A DNA stretch of 64,000 nucleotides from Thermoguttaceae bacterium (GCA_040772845.1 JAXGXG010000001.1:1470211-1534210); one strand, 5' to 3'; shown: positions 9,670-20,028, counted from the first letter of the stretch. Notes: generated from the sequence alone by a model not told the origin. Translations and numbers: made by a program.

Positions 9670-11142
9670 TCAGACCTTCTCGGCCGACGGCACAACGAAC
9701 GGTTCACGGTAGTCGCGAGTCAGCAGCGCATTGGCCTGCGAATTATCGACAAACGTCTCACTCTCCGGATCAATCTCCAACCACGGGCCGAGCACCAGCG
9801 GCGGGAAGATCACGCGGCGCTGTTCCATGTCGAATTCGTTCGCCTTCAAGTGCTCTTGGATTCCGTTGTAGACCGCTACCGGGTCGCCGTTGACCTTGAG
9901 CGACTGCAATCGGCCGGTGATCTCCTCCGGCGAGGCCGGCTGCCCCAGAAGCTGTGAGATATTGGCGACGTGGACCAGCGCCGTCGAGACGTGCCCCTCG
10001 TGAATCGGAGCATTCAGGTCGCTTACCTTCCGGCTGCGCACCGCCTTGATGAAGTTGGCAACGTGGTCTTCGCTCTCTCCGGTAAGCTTCTCGACCACCT
10101 TGCCCTCGAGATCGAATACCGTGTTCGAGCCGAGCGACCCAACCATGTATCCTTCGGTCCCTTCGATCAGCAAGGCGCCGCCCCGCTCGGGGGCAGCCGA
10201 CTTCAGGTTGCGGACCTCCTGCACCACGGTCAGATCCCCAAAGTCGTGGATGGTAACCTGCGTGTTCGGCGTTTCGCCCGCGTCATCGAACTGGCGGGCG
10301 CCGTAGCTTAGCACGCGCCGGCCTAGCCCTTGCAGGCCGAGGATCAGCCGCATGGTATCGACCACGTGGACGCTATTGTTGCCCAGCTCGCCATTGCCGT
10401 AGTCCCAGAGCCAGTGCCAGTCGTAATGGAAATGGGGCCGCCGGACAGGTATCTGCATGGGCGCAGGGCCGGCCCAAAGGTTGTAATCCACCGTGGCCGG
10501 CGGATCGTATTCACCTGCCGGGCCCATATGGTTGCGAGGCCGATACATTCGCAGATGCGCAAGGCTGATCTTGCCGAGTTTGCCCGACCTGATGTACTCG
10601 GCCGCCGCCCGGTTGCTGCCCACGGACCGATACTGCGTTCCGCCCTGGCAGATTCGGTTGTACTTCTCCATGGCCTGGACCATGCGACGACCTTCGCTCA
10701 CGTTGTGGCTGACCGGTTTCTCGACATACACGTCCTTCCCCGCCTGCATGGCCCAAATGGCCGCCAGCGAGTGCCAGTGGTTGGGCGTGGCGACCACAAC
10801 GATGTCTACCGACGGATCGTCGAACACGTCGCGCATGTCGGTAACGCACTTCGGCGCCCGCCCGCCCTGGCGCTGGCCGATCTGTTCCGCCCGTTTCGGG
10901 CCGATGGCCGAATCGGGCTCGCAGACGTACGTAATCTCGCAGTCGTCGCGAGAACCGAACGCGGTCGCGTGCGCGGCGCCGCGGCCCCGTACGCCCAGCA
11001 CGGCAACCGACAGCTTCTCGTTCGGGCTTTTGGATTGCTTCTCCTCCGCCAGAATGCGCGCGGCGGGGGTCGTCGCGGCCAGAGCGGTTGCCGTGGCAAG
11101 CATGGAGTCTTTCAAGAAGCAACGTCGGCTGAAGTGTTTCAT
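9670..11142 (-). CDS. Gfo/Idh/MocA-family oxidoreductase with Tat signal
   Basis: Twin-arginine motif SRRCFLK; Rossmann segment KLSVAVLGVRGRGAAHA; conserved EKP (VYVEKPV) of the Gfo/Idh/MocA family. Confidence 0.8.
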   Translation of the reverse strand: MKHFSRRCFLKDSMLATATALAATTPAARILAEEKQSKSPNEKLSVAVLGVRGRGAAHATAFGSRDDCEITYVCEPDSAIGPKRAEQIGQRQGGRAPKCVTDMRDVFDDPSVDIVVVATPNHWHSLAAIWAMQAGKDVYVEKPVSHNVSEGRRMVQAMEKYNRICQGGTQYRSVGSNRAAAEYIRSGKLGKISLAHLRMYRPRNHMGPAGEYDPPATVDYNLWAGPAPMQIPVRRPHFHYDWHWLWDYGNGELGNNSVHVVDTMRLILGLQGLGRRVLSYGARQFDDAGETPNTQVTIHDFGDLTVVQEVRNLKSAAPERGGALLIEGTEGYMVGSLGSNTVFDLEGKVVEKLTGESEDHVANFIKAVRSRKVSDLNAPIHEGHVSTALVHVANISQLLGQPASPEEITGRLQSLKVNGDPVAVYNGIQEHLKANEFDMEQRRVIFPPLVLGPWLEIDPESETFVDNSQANALLTRDYREPFVVPSAEKV

Positions 11143-11245
11143 TGCAGGTCTCCTCGGCAGGTTAGGCGGCTGCAGGCCGCGGTGGGATAGCAGGGTTCAG
11201 TTGGACATTCGCTCCGGGGGCACTGGTGGGTTGCTTCGTTCGCGT

Positions 11246-11524
11246 CTACCTTGCGACCGGAAAGGGTTTGCGGACGCTCGCGCCGGATCGTTCCAGCAAC
11301 GCTCGGAAGGCTGGATTGAACTCGATCAAGTCACTGACCTGGGACGCATCGTCGTCCCAGGCATCCAGCGGCTGGATCGCCACGAAGCGATGATCGGGCA
11401 GTTCCACAACCAGAGCCTGCCCAGAATCACGACACTTCGCCAGCAGTTCCGGAGTCTGCATCTGGCGCTGACTCAGGGGGATGACCTCGGTGTCCATGGA
11501 ACCAATGGTAACATGGAACGCCAT
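11246..11524 (-). CDS. Small Phd/YefM-like (antitoxin-fold) protein, paralog of the adjacent ORF; real start probably internal (MQTPELL..)
   Basis: ..TPELLAKCRDSGQALVVELPDHRFVAIQPLD..SDLIEFNPAFRALLERS aligns with the neighbouring ORF. No toxin partner visible. Confidence 0.4.
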   Translation of the reverse strand: MAFHVTIGSMDTEVIPLSQRQMQTPELLAKCRDSGQALVVELPDHRFVAIQPLDAWDDDASQVSDLIEFNPAFRALLERSGASVRKPFPVAR

Positions 11525-11695
11525 TGTTTGCAGTCCCTGTTGCCCCCAAAATGTCTGCCAGCCGCAGCGAGACCCGCCCCCAACGCCCGCCGTCGCACCC
11601 TCACGCGAGAGATCCCCAGCCCGGCGTCGGAGGTCCGGCTGAATATCACGAAGCTCGCGCGAACCATCTGCATGCGTTCGGCAGGTTGCGAGTTG

Positions 11696-11947
11696 TCAGC
11701 CAAAGCGGCGCCGCATTTCCTCGGCGGACACGCTGCCTTCCTCTTGCACACGGAAGCGAGAACGCTCGATCAAATCTAAGAATCGACGATTTGTGCTATG
11801 CGAAACCGTTTCCAGATCGGCGTTCTCGATAGGAACCAATGCCGCAACGGAGTGCCCTTGGTCTGCCACGATGACTGGACCTGCCTGGATCTCCGAAGCA
11901 TAGTCAGCTAAGGACCGAGTTGCCTCTCGTTTGTCAACCGCTTTCAT
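11696..11947 (-). CDS. Phd/YefM-like type II antitoxin-family small protein
   Basis: 83 aa: MKAVDKREATRSLADYASEIQAGPVIVADQGHSVAALVPIE.. resembles prevent-host-death antitoxins. No cognate toxin ORF adjacent. Confidence 0.45.
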   Translation of the reverse strand: MKAVDKREATRSLADYASEIQAGPVIVADQGHSVAALVPIENADLETVSHSTNRRFLDLIERSRFRVQEEGSVSAEEMRRRFG

Positions 11948-12167
11948 AGCTCGGCCTCCTCGCCACCTATCATAACACGGCCGCGCTCCTCTTCTGTCGA
12001 ACTTGTATTTATCCCGCAGGCGTGCGGCCGTGCTTATTCTTCAGACCCGCCGGTTCGGTGGAACAAGAACCCCCGGGCCAACGGCAATTCTGCCCCGTAA
12101 CCCGTTGCCGGTCAAGACCCTGCCGTCGCTTTGCGATTTCGCTCTTCGCGCCTAATCTGGTCCGCCT

Positions 12168-12690
12168 ATGCGGGCAAAGAAACCCAAGCGACTGCCCGCC
12201 GTCTTCTCGCCCGAAGAGGCCATTGCCGTTCTCGGCCGACTTCAGAGCGTGCGGTGGCTGATGGGCGTTTAGAAGTCAGGATCAGATAGAAGTCAGCACA
12301 GAAGTCAGAACCTCGTTGAACCGAAGATGCCCCGCAGGCTGTCGCGAGGGTGGATTTCTGCGATAACTGGAACCTCATTGAACCGGAGCCACAGAGTGGC
12401 GCGAGGAGATGCGACGGGTGCAAGCGCAAGCCGCCTGGCGCGTTCTCCTTGGAGCAGACTCGCCGCCTGTTATACTATGGTAGCTCTGGAATGGCGATGT
12501 GGAGAGGTTTGCCCACAGGACGATCAACCGCCTTGGTAGCTCCGCATAGCAGTCGGCCCCCCCGCTTGACCGCAAGCGATCCACGAGAATCGTTTGACTG
12601 TTCATCGGTACGCGAGATATTCATGCCCGTCAACCTTGATAAGCCACAGTTATGGAAGCAAGACACTCGGCATTCTGTAGATTTTTATAG
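12168..12690 (+). pseudogene. Degraded tyrosine recombinase (phage/integron integrase-like) remnant, split across two frames
   Basis: Frame 1: MRAKKPKRLPAVFSPEEAIAVLGRLQS, resembling the integrase [21 protein letters not shown] segment, then a stop. Frame 2 from about 12440: GAFSLEQTRRLLYYGSSGMAMWRGL, resembling [21 protein letters not shown]. The N-terminal and catalytic domains are absent. Confidence 0.3.
12271..12308. repeat. Three direct copies of AGAAGTCAG (spacings 17 and 12 nt) inside the integrase remnant
   Basis: tAGAAGTCAGgatcagatAGAAGTCAGcacAGAAGTCAGaacc read directly. Nearby imperfect repeat cRttgaaccgRag x2. Confidence 0.4.
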
Positions 12691-12693
12691 CTG

Positions 12694-14241
12694 ATGGCCT
12701 CGGTTCTCGATACAGAAATGAACCGACTTGTGGAACAAGTTCGGTTGGATTCGCTGAAGACGGCAGAGGAACGGAACAAGTGGGGACAGTTTGCCACGCC
12801 TCCGAGCCTGTCCGCAGACATCGCCAAATATGCCTGGGGTCGTCTGCGCGGCCGCAAGGGAGGCCTTCGTTTCATCGATCCGGCAATTGGTACGGGTTCT
12901 TTTTTCTCCGCCGTTCGCAGCATTTTCCCCACGGGGCGACTCTCACATGCTGCCGGAATCGAGTTGGACCCGGAGTTTGTAAGGGCCACGAGAGCTTTAT
13001 GGGAATCCTACGGGTTAGAGGTAACCGAGGGAGACTTCACTCAGCAGATTCCACCTGCAACAAAGTACGACCTGCTGATCGCTAACCCGCCTTACGTACG
13101 ACATCACCATTTGAACAGCGCGGACAAGACAAGGCTCAATGCCCTGCTTGCAGAACGCCTTGGCATGTCGATAAGCGGCCTGGCGGGACTCTACTGTTAT
13201 TTCCTCTTGTTGGCAGATTCGTGGCTTGCCGAGAAGGCTTTGTCGGTCTGGTTGATTCCATCGGAATTCATGGACGTGAACTACGGTAACACGGTGAAGC
13301 ACTATCTGCTTGACAATGTAACACTGTTGCATATTCACCGATTCTGCCCTTCGGATGTGCAGTTCGTCGATGCCCTTGTATCATCCGCAGTTGTCGTTTT
13401 CGAGAAGACGCCGCCGAAGCAGGGGCACGCAGTGGAGTTCACGTTTGGAGGATCGCTTAATCAACCCGAACTGACGGAACTTGTTGACCTCGGCACACTG
13501 CGTGGCGCGAGGAAATGGACCGCTTTCCCCGCGAGCAACTTGGCCGAACGCCGGACCCCCTCGATTACCTTAGGCGACCTGTTCGATGTCAAGCGCGGCT
13601 TGGCCACCGGGAACAATGCGTTTTTTGTATTGCCTCTTGAACGCGCGAAGGCATTGGGCATCCCTTCACAGTACCTGCGTCCCATTGTGCCGAGCCCGCG
13701 ATACATGAGGGAGTCCGTGATCGAAGGCGACGAGGAGGGACATGTGCGACTCGACCGTCAACTTGCCCTGATTGACTGCCCGCTTGGCGAGGACACCGTT
13801 CGAGTGAAGTACCCCGAGTTCTGGAGTTATCTTGAACAGGGAAAAGCAGAGGGCGTACACAAGGGCTACCTGGCAAGCCGGCGGGTTCCATGGTACTCGC
13901 AGGAGAAGCGGGAACCCGCCCCGTTCTTGTGTACATATATGGGGCGTTCCAAAGAACGGCCGTTCCGTTTCATCCGGAATAAATCGCGCGCCGTGGCGGC
14001 AAATGTCTATTTGCTGCTGTATCCGAAGGGGGCGTTAAAGTGTGCTCTCGAAGACAACCCCGAATTGTACGAAGCCTTATTTGCCACGCTCCGTGACATT
14101 ACGCCAGAAGATTTCATCCATGAAGGGCGAATCTACGGGGGTGGATTACGCAAGATGGAGCCCGCCGAACTGAAACGCTTGCCCGCAGACCATATCGCCA
14201 AAACACTTGGGCTGGTCGTACAGCGAACGTTTGAGTTCTAG
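12694..14241 (+). CDS. Gamma-class N6-adenine DNA methyltransferase (Eco57I/TaqI-like MTase domain + C-terminal target-recognition region), orphan
   Basis: Motif I FIDPAIGTGSFF and motif IV LIANPPYV (NPPY); 515 aa. No restriction endonuclease ORF alongside. Visibly lower GC than the flanks. Confidence 0.8.
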   Translation: MASVLDTEMNRLVEQVRLDSLKTAEERNKWGQFATPPSLSADIAKYAWGRLRGRKGGLRFIDPAIGTGSFFSAVRSIFPTGRLSHAAGIELDPEFVRATRALWESYGLEVTEGDFTQQIPPATKYDLLIANPPYVRHHHLNSADKTRLNALLAERLGMSISGLAGLYCYFLLLADSWLAEKALSVWLIPSEFMDVNYGNTVKHYLLDNVTLLHIHRFCPSDVQFVDALVSSAVVVFEKTPPKQGHAVEFTFGGSLNQPELTELVDLGTLRGARKWTAFPASNLAERRTPSITLGDLFDVKRGLATGNNAFFVLPLERAKALGIPSQYLRPIVPSPRYMRESVIEGDEEGHVRLDRQLALIDCPLGEDTVRVKYPEFWSYLEQGKAEGVHKGYLASRRVPWYSQEKREPAPFLCTYMGRSKERPFRFIRNKSRAVAANVYLLLYPKGALKCALEDNPELYEALFATLRDITPEDFIHEGRIYGGGLRKMEPAELKRLPADHIAKTLGLVVQRTFEF

Positions 14242-14369
14242 GCGCTCGTACCGCTTGCCCTTCCAGCCGGCGGGCCTCGTCCTTCGCAACTGCTTGTCGC
14301 AAACGGCCGCCTTCGCGTGCAGCCGAGAAGGGCATCCTCGCCGGCGCCCCATGACACTTGCGCGAACGC

Positions 14370-14936
14370 CTATCTTCGCCCTGCGGCGCGGAGGAGTTCG
14401 TCGCTCCAGACGGCTTCGGGCGGCGCAAGGGGCGGGATGGGCTCTGCGCGATAATCGATGGTATCGTAACGCCCGTTGCGATAGCACGTTGCGACCAGGG
14501 GTTGAAGGTCCAGCTTCAGCTCCTCATCGGTCGGGCGAAGCGGCACGGGGATCGCCGGAAGCGCCCTGGATAAACGCATCGCATGAACCGCCACGCAGTC
14601 GGGCTTCCATCCCCGATAGATGCACGCCTGGTACGCCGCGCGGTACCGGGGCGGGATCATGCCTGGCCGGGCGACCGTCACCCGCTGGCCGGAACGGGTC
14701 AGATCGACCTCGACCAAGCTTGCCCCGGCCGCCATGACTTCCCGCTGTTTGCGGAGGTAGAGGTCCTGGCCGGCGCCCGGAACCTTATTGGCAGGGCTGA
14801 GGAACTCGATGACGGTAACCACACGGTTGCCGGAACCTACATCGACGATTTCGAGGTAGCCTTGCGTGATCGGCTCGTGGCGAAGAGAAAGAACGACTCT
14901 CAGAAGCTGTTCTGATCGACAACTTCGCCACCGTCA
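14370..14936 (-). pseudogene. 5'-truncated DUF4058-family (restriction-endonuclease-like fold) gene remnant
   Basis: ORF 14370..14822 starts at GTG with VTVIEFLSPANKVPGAGQDLYLRKQREVMAAGASLVEVDLTRSG and ends ..IPVPLRPTDEELKLDLQPLVATCYRNGRYDTIDY. The same frame stays open to 14936 (..HEPITQGYLEIVDVGSGNR) without any start codon and runs into the 3' end of the DUF1559 gene. About 100 N-terminal residues expected for the family are missing. Confidence 0.55.
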
Positions 14937-15907
14937 CGCGAACCTAACCAAAGATGGGTTTCCGAATCGATGGTGAAGCTGATCGCGCGAACCGAGCCGT
15001 CGCACAATGCCATGTTGAAAACGCCACTGTGCGTACTGCCGAACGTGTAGGCGCCCAGCACGCCGGCTCGATCCTGCAACGGAACCCAGTACGTGCTCCG
15101 CAATACGTCCTGATCGTGGCCCACGTACATGGCCTGGTCGTCGTTACTGGCGCTGCCGGTCTCATAATGGTCGGGGATCAGATACTTCTCGCCCACCATG
15201 TACGTGTTGGTCAGACCGTCGCTGATCATGGCCGTCGTAACCTTGCTTCGCCGGTAGACGACCCCGTTGTACTTGTTGCCGCTCTGGTAACTGTCGATCC
15301 ATTGCTGCTCGCTCAGACTGTCGCCGGCATCGTAGGATCCCGGGCTGCCCCCTCCCCAGTAGCCCACGCTGCCCATATTCGCCGCGTAGTCGCTGCGTCC
15401 GGCAACCGAGGCCGAAACACTCAGCCGGTAGGCCGTCTTGTTCGGATACGCCACCGAGTCGCGCCGGCTCGGACAGTTCTGAAACGAAAGCGACGTCTCC
15501 ACGCACTGGGCCAATTCGGCCGCCTTCTGGGTACCTGAAAGCCCCTTGCCAAACGCCCCGAGTGTCTGCTGCTCGACAAAGGGAAGGATATTGTAGGCCC
15601 ACCCGCCCGGCTGCTGTTTGTCAAAGCCGCGGTCGGGATCTCCTACCCACTGACACCCCCAGCCGCCGGTCGGGAAATGGCGATGGGCACTCTCGTGATT
15701 CAAAAACGCCAGCCCGATCTGCTTCAAATGGTTCTGACACTGCATTCGCCGCGCCGCCTCACGCGCCGACTGGACCGCCGGCAGCAGCAAAGCAATCAAA
15801 ATGCCGATGATCGCAATCACGACAAGAAGCTCAATAAGCGTAAAACCTCTGTTCACGCCTCGAATCGCAGATTTCCAATGGGGCATCATTGCAACCTCCC
15901 CTAACAA
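14900..15907 (-). CDS. DUF1559 protein with prepilin-type N-terminal methylation domain (second paralog)
   Basis: [57 protein letters not shown]..; C-terminal CDGSVR motif shared with the 4625..5689 copy. Confidence 0.8.
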   Translation of the reverse strand: MLGEVAMMPHWKSAIRGVNRGFTLIELLVVIAIIGILIALLLPAVQSAREAARRMQCQNHLKQIGLAFLNHESAHRHFPTGGWGCQWVGDPDRGFDKQQPGGWAYNILPFVEQQTLGAFGKGLSGTQKAAELAQCVETSLSFQNCPSRRDSVAYPNKTAYRLSVSASVAGRSDYAANMGSVGYWGGGSPGSYDAGDSLSEQQWIDSYQSGNKYNGVVYRRSKVTTAMISDGLTNTYMVGEKYLIPDHYETGSASNDDQAMYVGHDQDVLRSTYWVPLQDRAGVLGAYTFGSTHSGVFNMALCDGSVRAISFTIDSETHLWLGSRDGGEVVDQNSF

Positions 15908-16137
15908 GTAGAAGTCTCAACTACACACAATACTGGCCCCCCGTCAGAACCGCAATAGCCAACCAATCGCCTGCCCGACAAAGGTCACCAACAATAGACC
16001 GGACAACGGCACGGTGTGCAACCGATAATCGATAGACCCCGTACAACCTGCAACCCACCCACTTCCCAGGCAGGGCCCTTGCCGGTATCCTCGATAGATT
16101 CGACTTCCCCGTGCCCTTTCCGCGATATGCGTTGACT

Positions 16138-18768
16138 ATGAGAACCGACGAACTCCGCGAAGCGTATCTTGCCTTCTTTGAAAGCAAAGGCTGTGTCCGC
16201 CGACCGAGCGATGTGCTTGTCCCCCGCTGGGACCCTTCCGTCCTGTTCACCCCGGCCGGAATGAACCAGTTCAAAGACCACTTTATGGGCCGGACGAAGC
16301 TCGAGTTCACGCGAGCCACCACCTGCCAAAAATGCCTGCGAACCGGCGACATCGACAATGTGGGCCGTACGGCGTACCACCATACGTTTTTCGAGATGCT
16401 GGGCAATTTCAGCTTTGGCGACTATTTCAAACGGGAAGCGATCCTGTGGGCGTGGGAGTTCTGTACGGATAAGCGATGGCTCGGCCTGGATCCGGCGCGG
16501 CTTTCGGCCACCGTCTACCTGGACGACGACGAGGCGGCCGACATCTGGCTGAAGGAGGTGAAGCTCCCTCCGGAGAAGTTGGAGCGTCTGGACGAAGACG
16601 AGAACTTCTGGCCGGCCAACGCGCCCAGCCAGGGGCCGGATGGCGTTTGCGGTCCGTGCAGCGAAATCTACTATCACACCGACCGCGGCTCCGTGGAGAT
16701 ATGGAACCTGGTATTCACCCAGTTCAACCGTGTGGGTGACCCGCCGGATAATCTCCGTCCGTTGCCCAGCCGGAATATCGATACGGGCATGGGGCTGGAA
16801 CGAACGGCGGCGGTGTTGCAGGGAGTGGAGACGAACTTCCACATTGACATTTTGCGTCCGCTGGTGGAAGCGGCGGCCGAGGTATGCGGCGTTACCTACA
16901 ATCCGGCCGACGAAACCGGCCGGCGGGTCCGCCGGATTGCCGACCACGTGCGTGCGTGCTCCTTCGCCATCCACGAAAACGTCTATCCGGGGCCGAACAA
17001 GGAGAAGTACGTTATCAAGCGTCTGCTGCGCCGGGCCGTTTTGGACGGCCGGCAGATGGGCGTCGGCGAGCCGTTCCTGTACAAGCTGGTCGGCAAGGTG
17101 GCGGAACTGATGGAGACGTCCTATCCGGAACTCGGGCAGACGGTCGAGCGGGTGGCCAACGTCATCCAGCAGGAGGAATCGAACTTCCTGGGAACGATTG
17201 ATGGCGGCCTGGAACGGATCGGGCGCATTTTCGACCAGATGAAGCGAGACGGGCACGGCACGGTGGCCGGTACCGATGCCGCCGAGATGTACACCACATA
17301 TGGTTTCCCGCCCGAATTGTTCGAGACTCTCGCGGCCGAACACAACCTGACGTTCGACTGGCCCGGCTACCAGAAGGAAATGGCGCTCCACGGCGAGCTA
17401 TCCGGAACAGGTGAAAAGACTGTTTTTAAGCACGACCCGCTCGAAGCCATCAAGAAAATGCGGCACGGCAGCCAATTTCTGGGCTACGAGACCACCAAGG
17501 TCGAAGACGCCGAGATTCTGGCGATCGTGGCAGGCGGGCAACTTTGCGACCAGGCGGACGAGATCGACTCGGCCCAGCCGATCACGGTTGTGCTGGACCA
17601 GACCCCCTTTTACGGCGAGATGGGCGGCCAGGTGGGCGATACGGGTGAAATCGTCGGCCCCGGATTCCGGTTCGAGGTCGTCACAACGCAGGTGGACGGC
17701 GCATTCACGCTGCATTGCGGCCACCTTCGAGAGGGGGCGATTCGCCTGGGCGAGAAGGTCTCCGCCCAAATCGACGCCTCCCGGCGTCAAGGAATCCGCC
17801 GGGCGCACTCGGCAACCCACCTCCTGCACAGCGCGCTACGGAAGGTGCTGGGCGACCATGCAGAACAACAGGGCTCGAAGGTCGACGACGACTGGCTTCG
17901 GTTCGATTTCACCAATCCGCAGGCGGTCAAATCGGACGAACTGGTCGAAATCGAGCGCGACGCCAATGCCCGCATCCTCGAGAGCGCGGCGGTCGTTGCG
18001 AAGGATATGCCGTTGATCGAGGCCCGGAAGACGGGCGCCACGATGCTCTTCGGCGAGAAGTACCCTGATGTCGTCCGCGTCATCTCGATGGGCGACTTCA
18101 GCAAGGAGTTGTGTGGCGGCACCCACCTGGACAATACGGCCCAGGTAGGCCTGCTGAAGATTGTTTCGGAAGAGAGCGTCGCATCCGGCACACGGCGGAT
18201 TGTCGCGCTGACCGGACGGAAAGCGATGGAACACATCCGTTCGCACGAGCAGGCATTGCACCAGGCGGCGGTGGCGCTGCGGACCTCGCCCGAGGAACTT
18301 CCCAGCCGCGTCGAGGCAATGGCCCACGAGATCCGCGACCTGCGGAAGAAACTGAGCCAGGCAGCCCCCCAGCAGGAAGGCCCCTCGATCGATGACCTGA
18401 AAGACGGTTCGACCGAAGTGCTCGGCGTACGGGTCGTTGCAACGGAAATACCGGGTGCGCGCCCGGACGCGATGCGTCACCTGATCGACCAACTCCGCCG
18501 GAAGGCAGCGCCGGTTGCGGTGCTGCTCGCGTCATGCGAGGAGGAGAAGGTTACATTGATCGCCGGGGCGAGCCGCGACATAGTGGAACAAGGATTCGAC
18601 TGCGTTGCGTGGATCCGAGCCGTGGCGAAGCGGGTTGGTGGCGGGGGGGGTGGCCGCCCCGACATGGCCCAGGCGGGCGGCAAGAAGCCCGGGGCACTTC
18701 CGCAGGCGCTCCAGGCCGCTTCGGAAGAAGCCGAAAGCCTCCTGAAGAAAACGCCGAAACAATCGTGA
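16138..18768 (+). CDS. alaS: Alanine--tRNA ligase
   Basis: MRTDELREAYLAFFESKG.., FTPAGMNQFK, class II catalytic core, editing-domain HSATHLLH, C-terminal DHHA1-like region; 876 aa. Confidence 0.95.
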   Translation: MRTDELREAYLAFFESKGCVRRPSDVLVPRWDPSVLFTPAGMNQFKDHFMGRTKLEFTRATTCQKCLRTGDIDNVGRTAYHHTFFEMLGNFSFGDYFKREAILWAWEFCTDKRWLGLDPARLSATVYLDDDEAADIWLKEVKLPPEKLERLDEDENFWPANAPSQGPDGVCGPCSEIYYHTDRGSVEIWNLVFTQFNRVGDPPDNLRPLPSRNIDTGMGLERTAAVLQGVETNFHIDILRPLVEAAAEVCGVTYNPADETGRRVRRIADHVRACSFAIHENVYPGPNKEKYVIKRLLRRAVLDGRQMGVGEPFLYKLVGKVAELMETSYPELGQTVERVANVIQQEESNFLGTIDGGLERIGRIFDQMKRDGHGTVAGTDAAEMYTTYGFPPELFETLAAEHNLTFDWPGYQKEMALHGELSGTGEKTVFKHDPLEAIKKMRHGSQFLGYETTKVEDAEILAIVAGGQLCDQADEIDSAQPITVVLDQTPFYGEMGGQVGDTGEIVGPGFRFEVVTTQVDGAFTLHCGHLREGAIRLGEKVSAQIDASRRQGIRRAHSATHLLHSALRKVLGDHAEQQGSKVDDDWLRFDFTNPQAVKSDELVEIERDANARILESAAVVAKDMPLIEARKTGATMLFGEKYPDVVRVISMGDFSKELCGGTHLDNTAQVGLLKIVSEESVASGTRRIVALTGRKAMEHIRSHEQALHQAAVALRTSPEELPSRVEAMAHEIRDLRKKLSQAAPQQEGPSIDDLKDGSTEVLGVRVVATEIPGARPDAMRHLIDQLRRKAAPVAVLLASCEEEKVTLIAGASRDIVEQGFDCVAWIRAVAKRVGGGGGGRPDMAQAGGKKPGALPQALQAASEEAESLLKKTPKQS

Positions 18769-18907
18769 GATTCCACCGTATCGTCCCCTCGCCCGCTTGA
18801 CATTGCAGGCGGATGAGCCTACCATATTGGGTTTTACCGGTTCTTGGGATTCCGGCGTCGGTCGTGTGGGCAGGCGCGGGCCCGGAGAGGCTGAAGGACA
18901 TCGGATT

Positions 18908-19087
18908 ATGGCCGTACCGAAACGCAAGCATTCGAACTCCCGCACGGGAAAACGGCGGGCGCACGACGCAAAGACTCCCCCGCACATCACCTATTGCGAG
19001 CATTGCAGTGCCGCGGTAACCCCGCACACGGTGTGCCCCAAATGCGGTTACTACATGGATCGCAAGGTCATGGAGGTTGAGGTCTAG
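18908..19087 (+). CDS. rpmF: 50S ribosomal protein L32
   Basis: MAVPKRKHSNSRTGKRRAHDAKT.. with zinc ribbon C..C...C..C; 59 aa. The upstream part of the ORF-track entry is not coding. Confidence 0.9.
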   Translation: MAVPKRKHSNSRTGKRRAHDAKTPPHITYCEHCSAAVTPHTVCPKCGYYMDRKVMEVEV

Positions 19088-19089
19088 CC

Positions 19090-19998
19090 TTGGGTAAAAT
19101 CGCTTTCCTTTTTCCGGGACAGGGCGCCCAAACGGTTGGCATGGGCAAGCGGCTTGTCGAGTCGCTTCCGGCCGCCCGTGCGCTGTTCGACCGCGCCAAC
19201 GAAGTGCTCGGCTACGATCTGGCCAAGCTCTGCTTCGAAGGCCCAGCAGAGGAACTCGATTCAACCGTCCGCAGTCAGCCGGCCCTGTTTGTAACCAGCC
19301 TGGCGGCTGTGGAAGTCCTGCGTGCCGAGACACCGGACGTCGTGCTCTCGTGCGAGGCCACGGCCGGCCTGAGCCTCGGAGAATACACGGCCATGGTCTT
19401 TGCCGGCGTGATGGACTTCGAGGACGGCCTGCAACTGGTCCAGAAGCGTGGCGCCGCGATGCAGCAGGCGGCGGACGCGACGCCCAGCGGCATGGTCAGC
19501 ATCCTCGGGCTGGAGCGCGTGGAAGTGGAAGCCCTGTGCGACAAGGCGCGTGGCGATGACGTGCTCGAAATCGCCAACCTGCTCTGCCCGGCCAACATCG
19601 TGGTTTCCGGCTCGAACGCCGCATGTGAACGGGCGGCGGAAATGGCCCAGTCGTTCGGCGCCATGCGCGCCATGCCCCTGGCCGTGGCCGGGGCCTTCCA
19701 CACACAAATCATGAAACCGGCGGAAGCCAAGCTGGCCGAAGCCCTGGCTGCCGTCACCATGCGGCCGCCGCGTATTCCGGTTGTGGCCAATCTCGATGCC
19801 CAGCCGCACGAAAGCCCCGAAGAAATTCGCACGCTCCTCATGCGTCAAGTACTGGAACCGGTACGCTGGGAGGACTCGATGCGGTATCTTCTTTCGCAGG
19901 GCTTTGATCAGTTTTACGAAGTGGGGCCCGGACGCGTACTCCGGGGCCTGCTGCGACGCATCGACCGCGGGGTAACCTGCCAGAGCGTCGAGGTCTAG
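19090..19998 (+). CDS. fabD: Malonyl CoA-ACP transacylase
   Basis: IAFLFPGQGAQ, GLSLGEYTA (active Ser), AFHT; TTG start immediately after the rpmF stop. Confidence 0.9.
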   Translation: MGKIAFLFPGQGAQTVGMGKRLVESLPAARALFDRANEVLGYDLAKLCFEGPAEELDSTVRSQPALFVTSLAAVEVLRAETPDVVLSCEATAGLSLGEYTAMVFAGVMDFEDGLQLVQKRGAAMQQAADATPSGMVSILGLERVEVEALCDKARGDDVLEIANLLCPANIVVSGSNAACERAAEMAQSFGAMRAMPLAVAGAFHTQIMKPAEAKLAEALAAVTMRPPRIPVVANLDAQPHESPEEIRTLLMRQVLEPVRWEDSMRYLLSQGFDQFYEVGPGRVLRGLLRRIDRGVTCQSVEV

Positions 19999-20028
19999 CC
20001 AGGAAACAGGACCCTATCGGAACGGAAT

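Noticed and set aside
15985-17391. 468-aa minus-strand ORF
   Set aside because: Lies antisense inside alaS; composition is R/G/P-rich with no motifs. Spurious.
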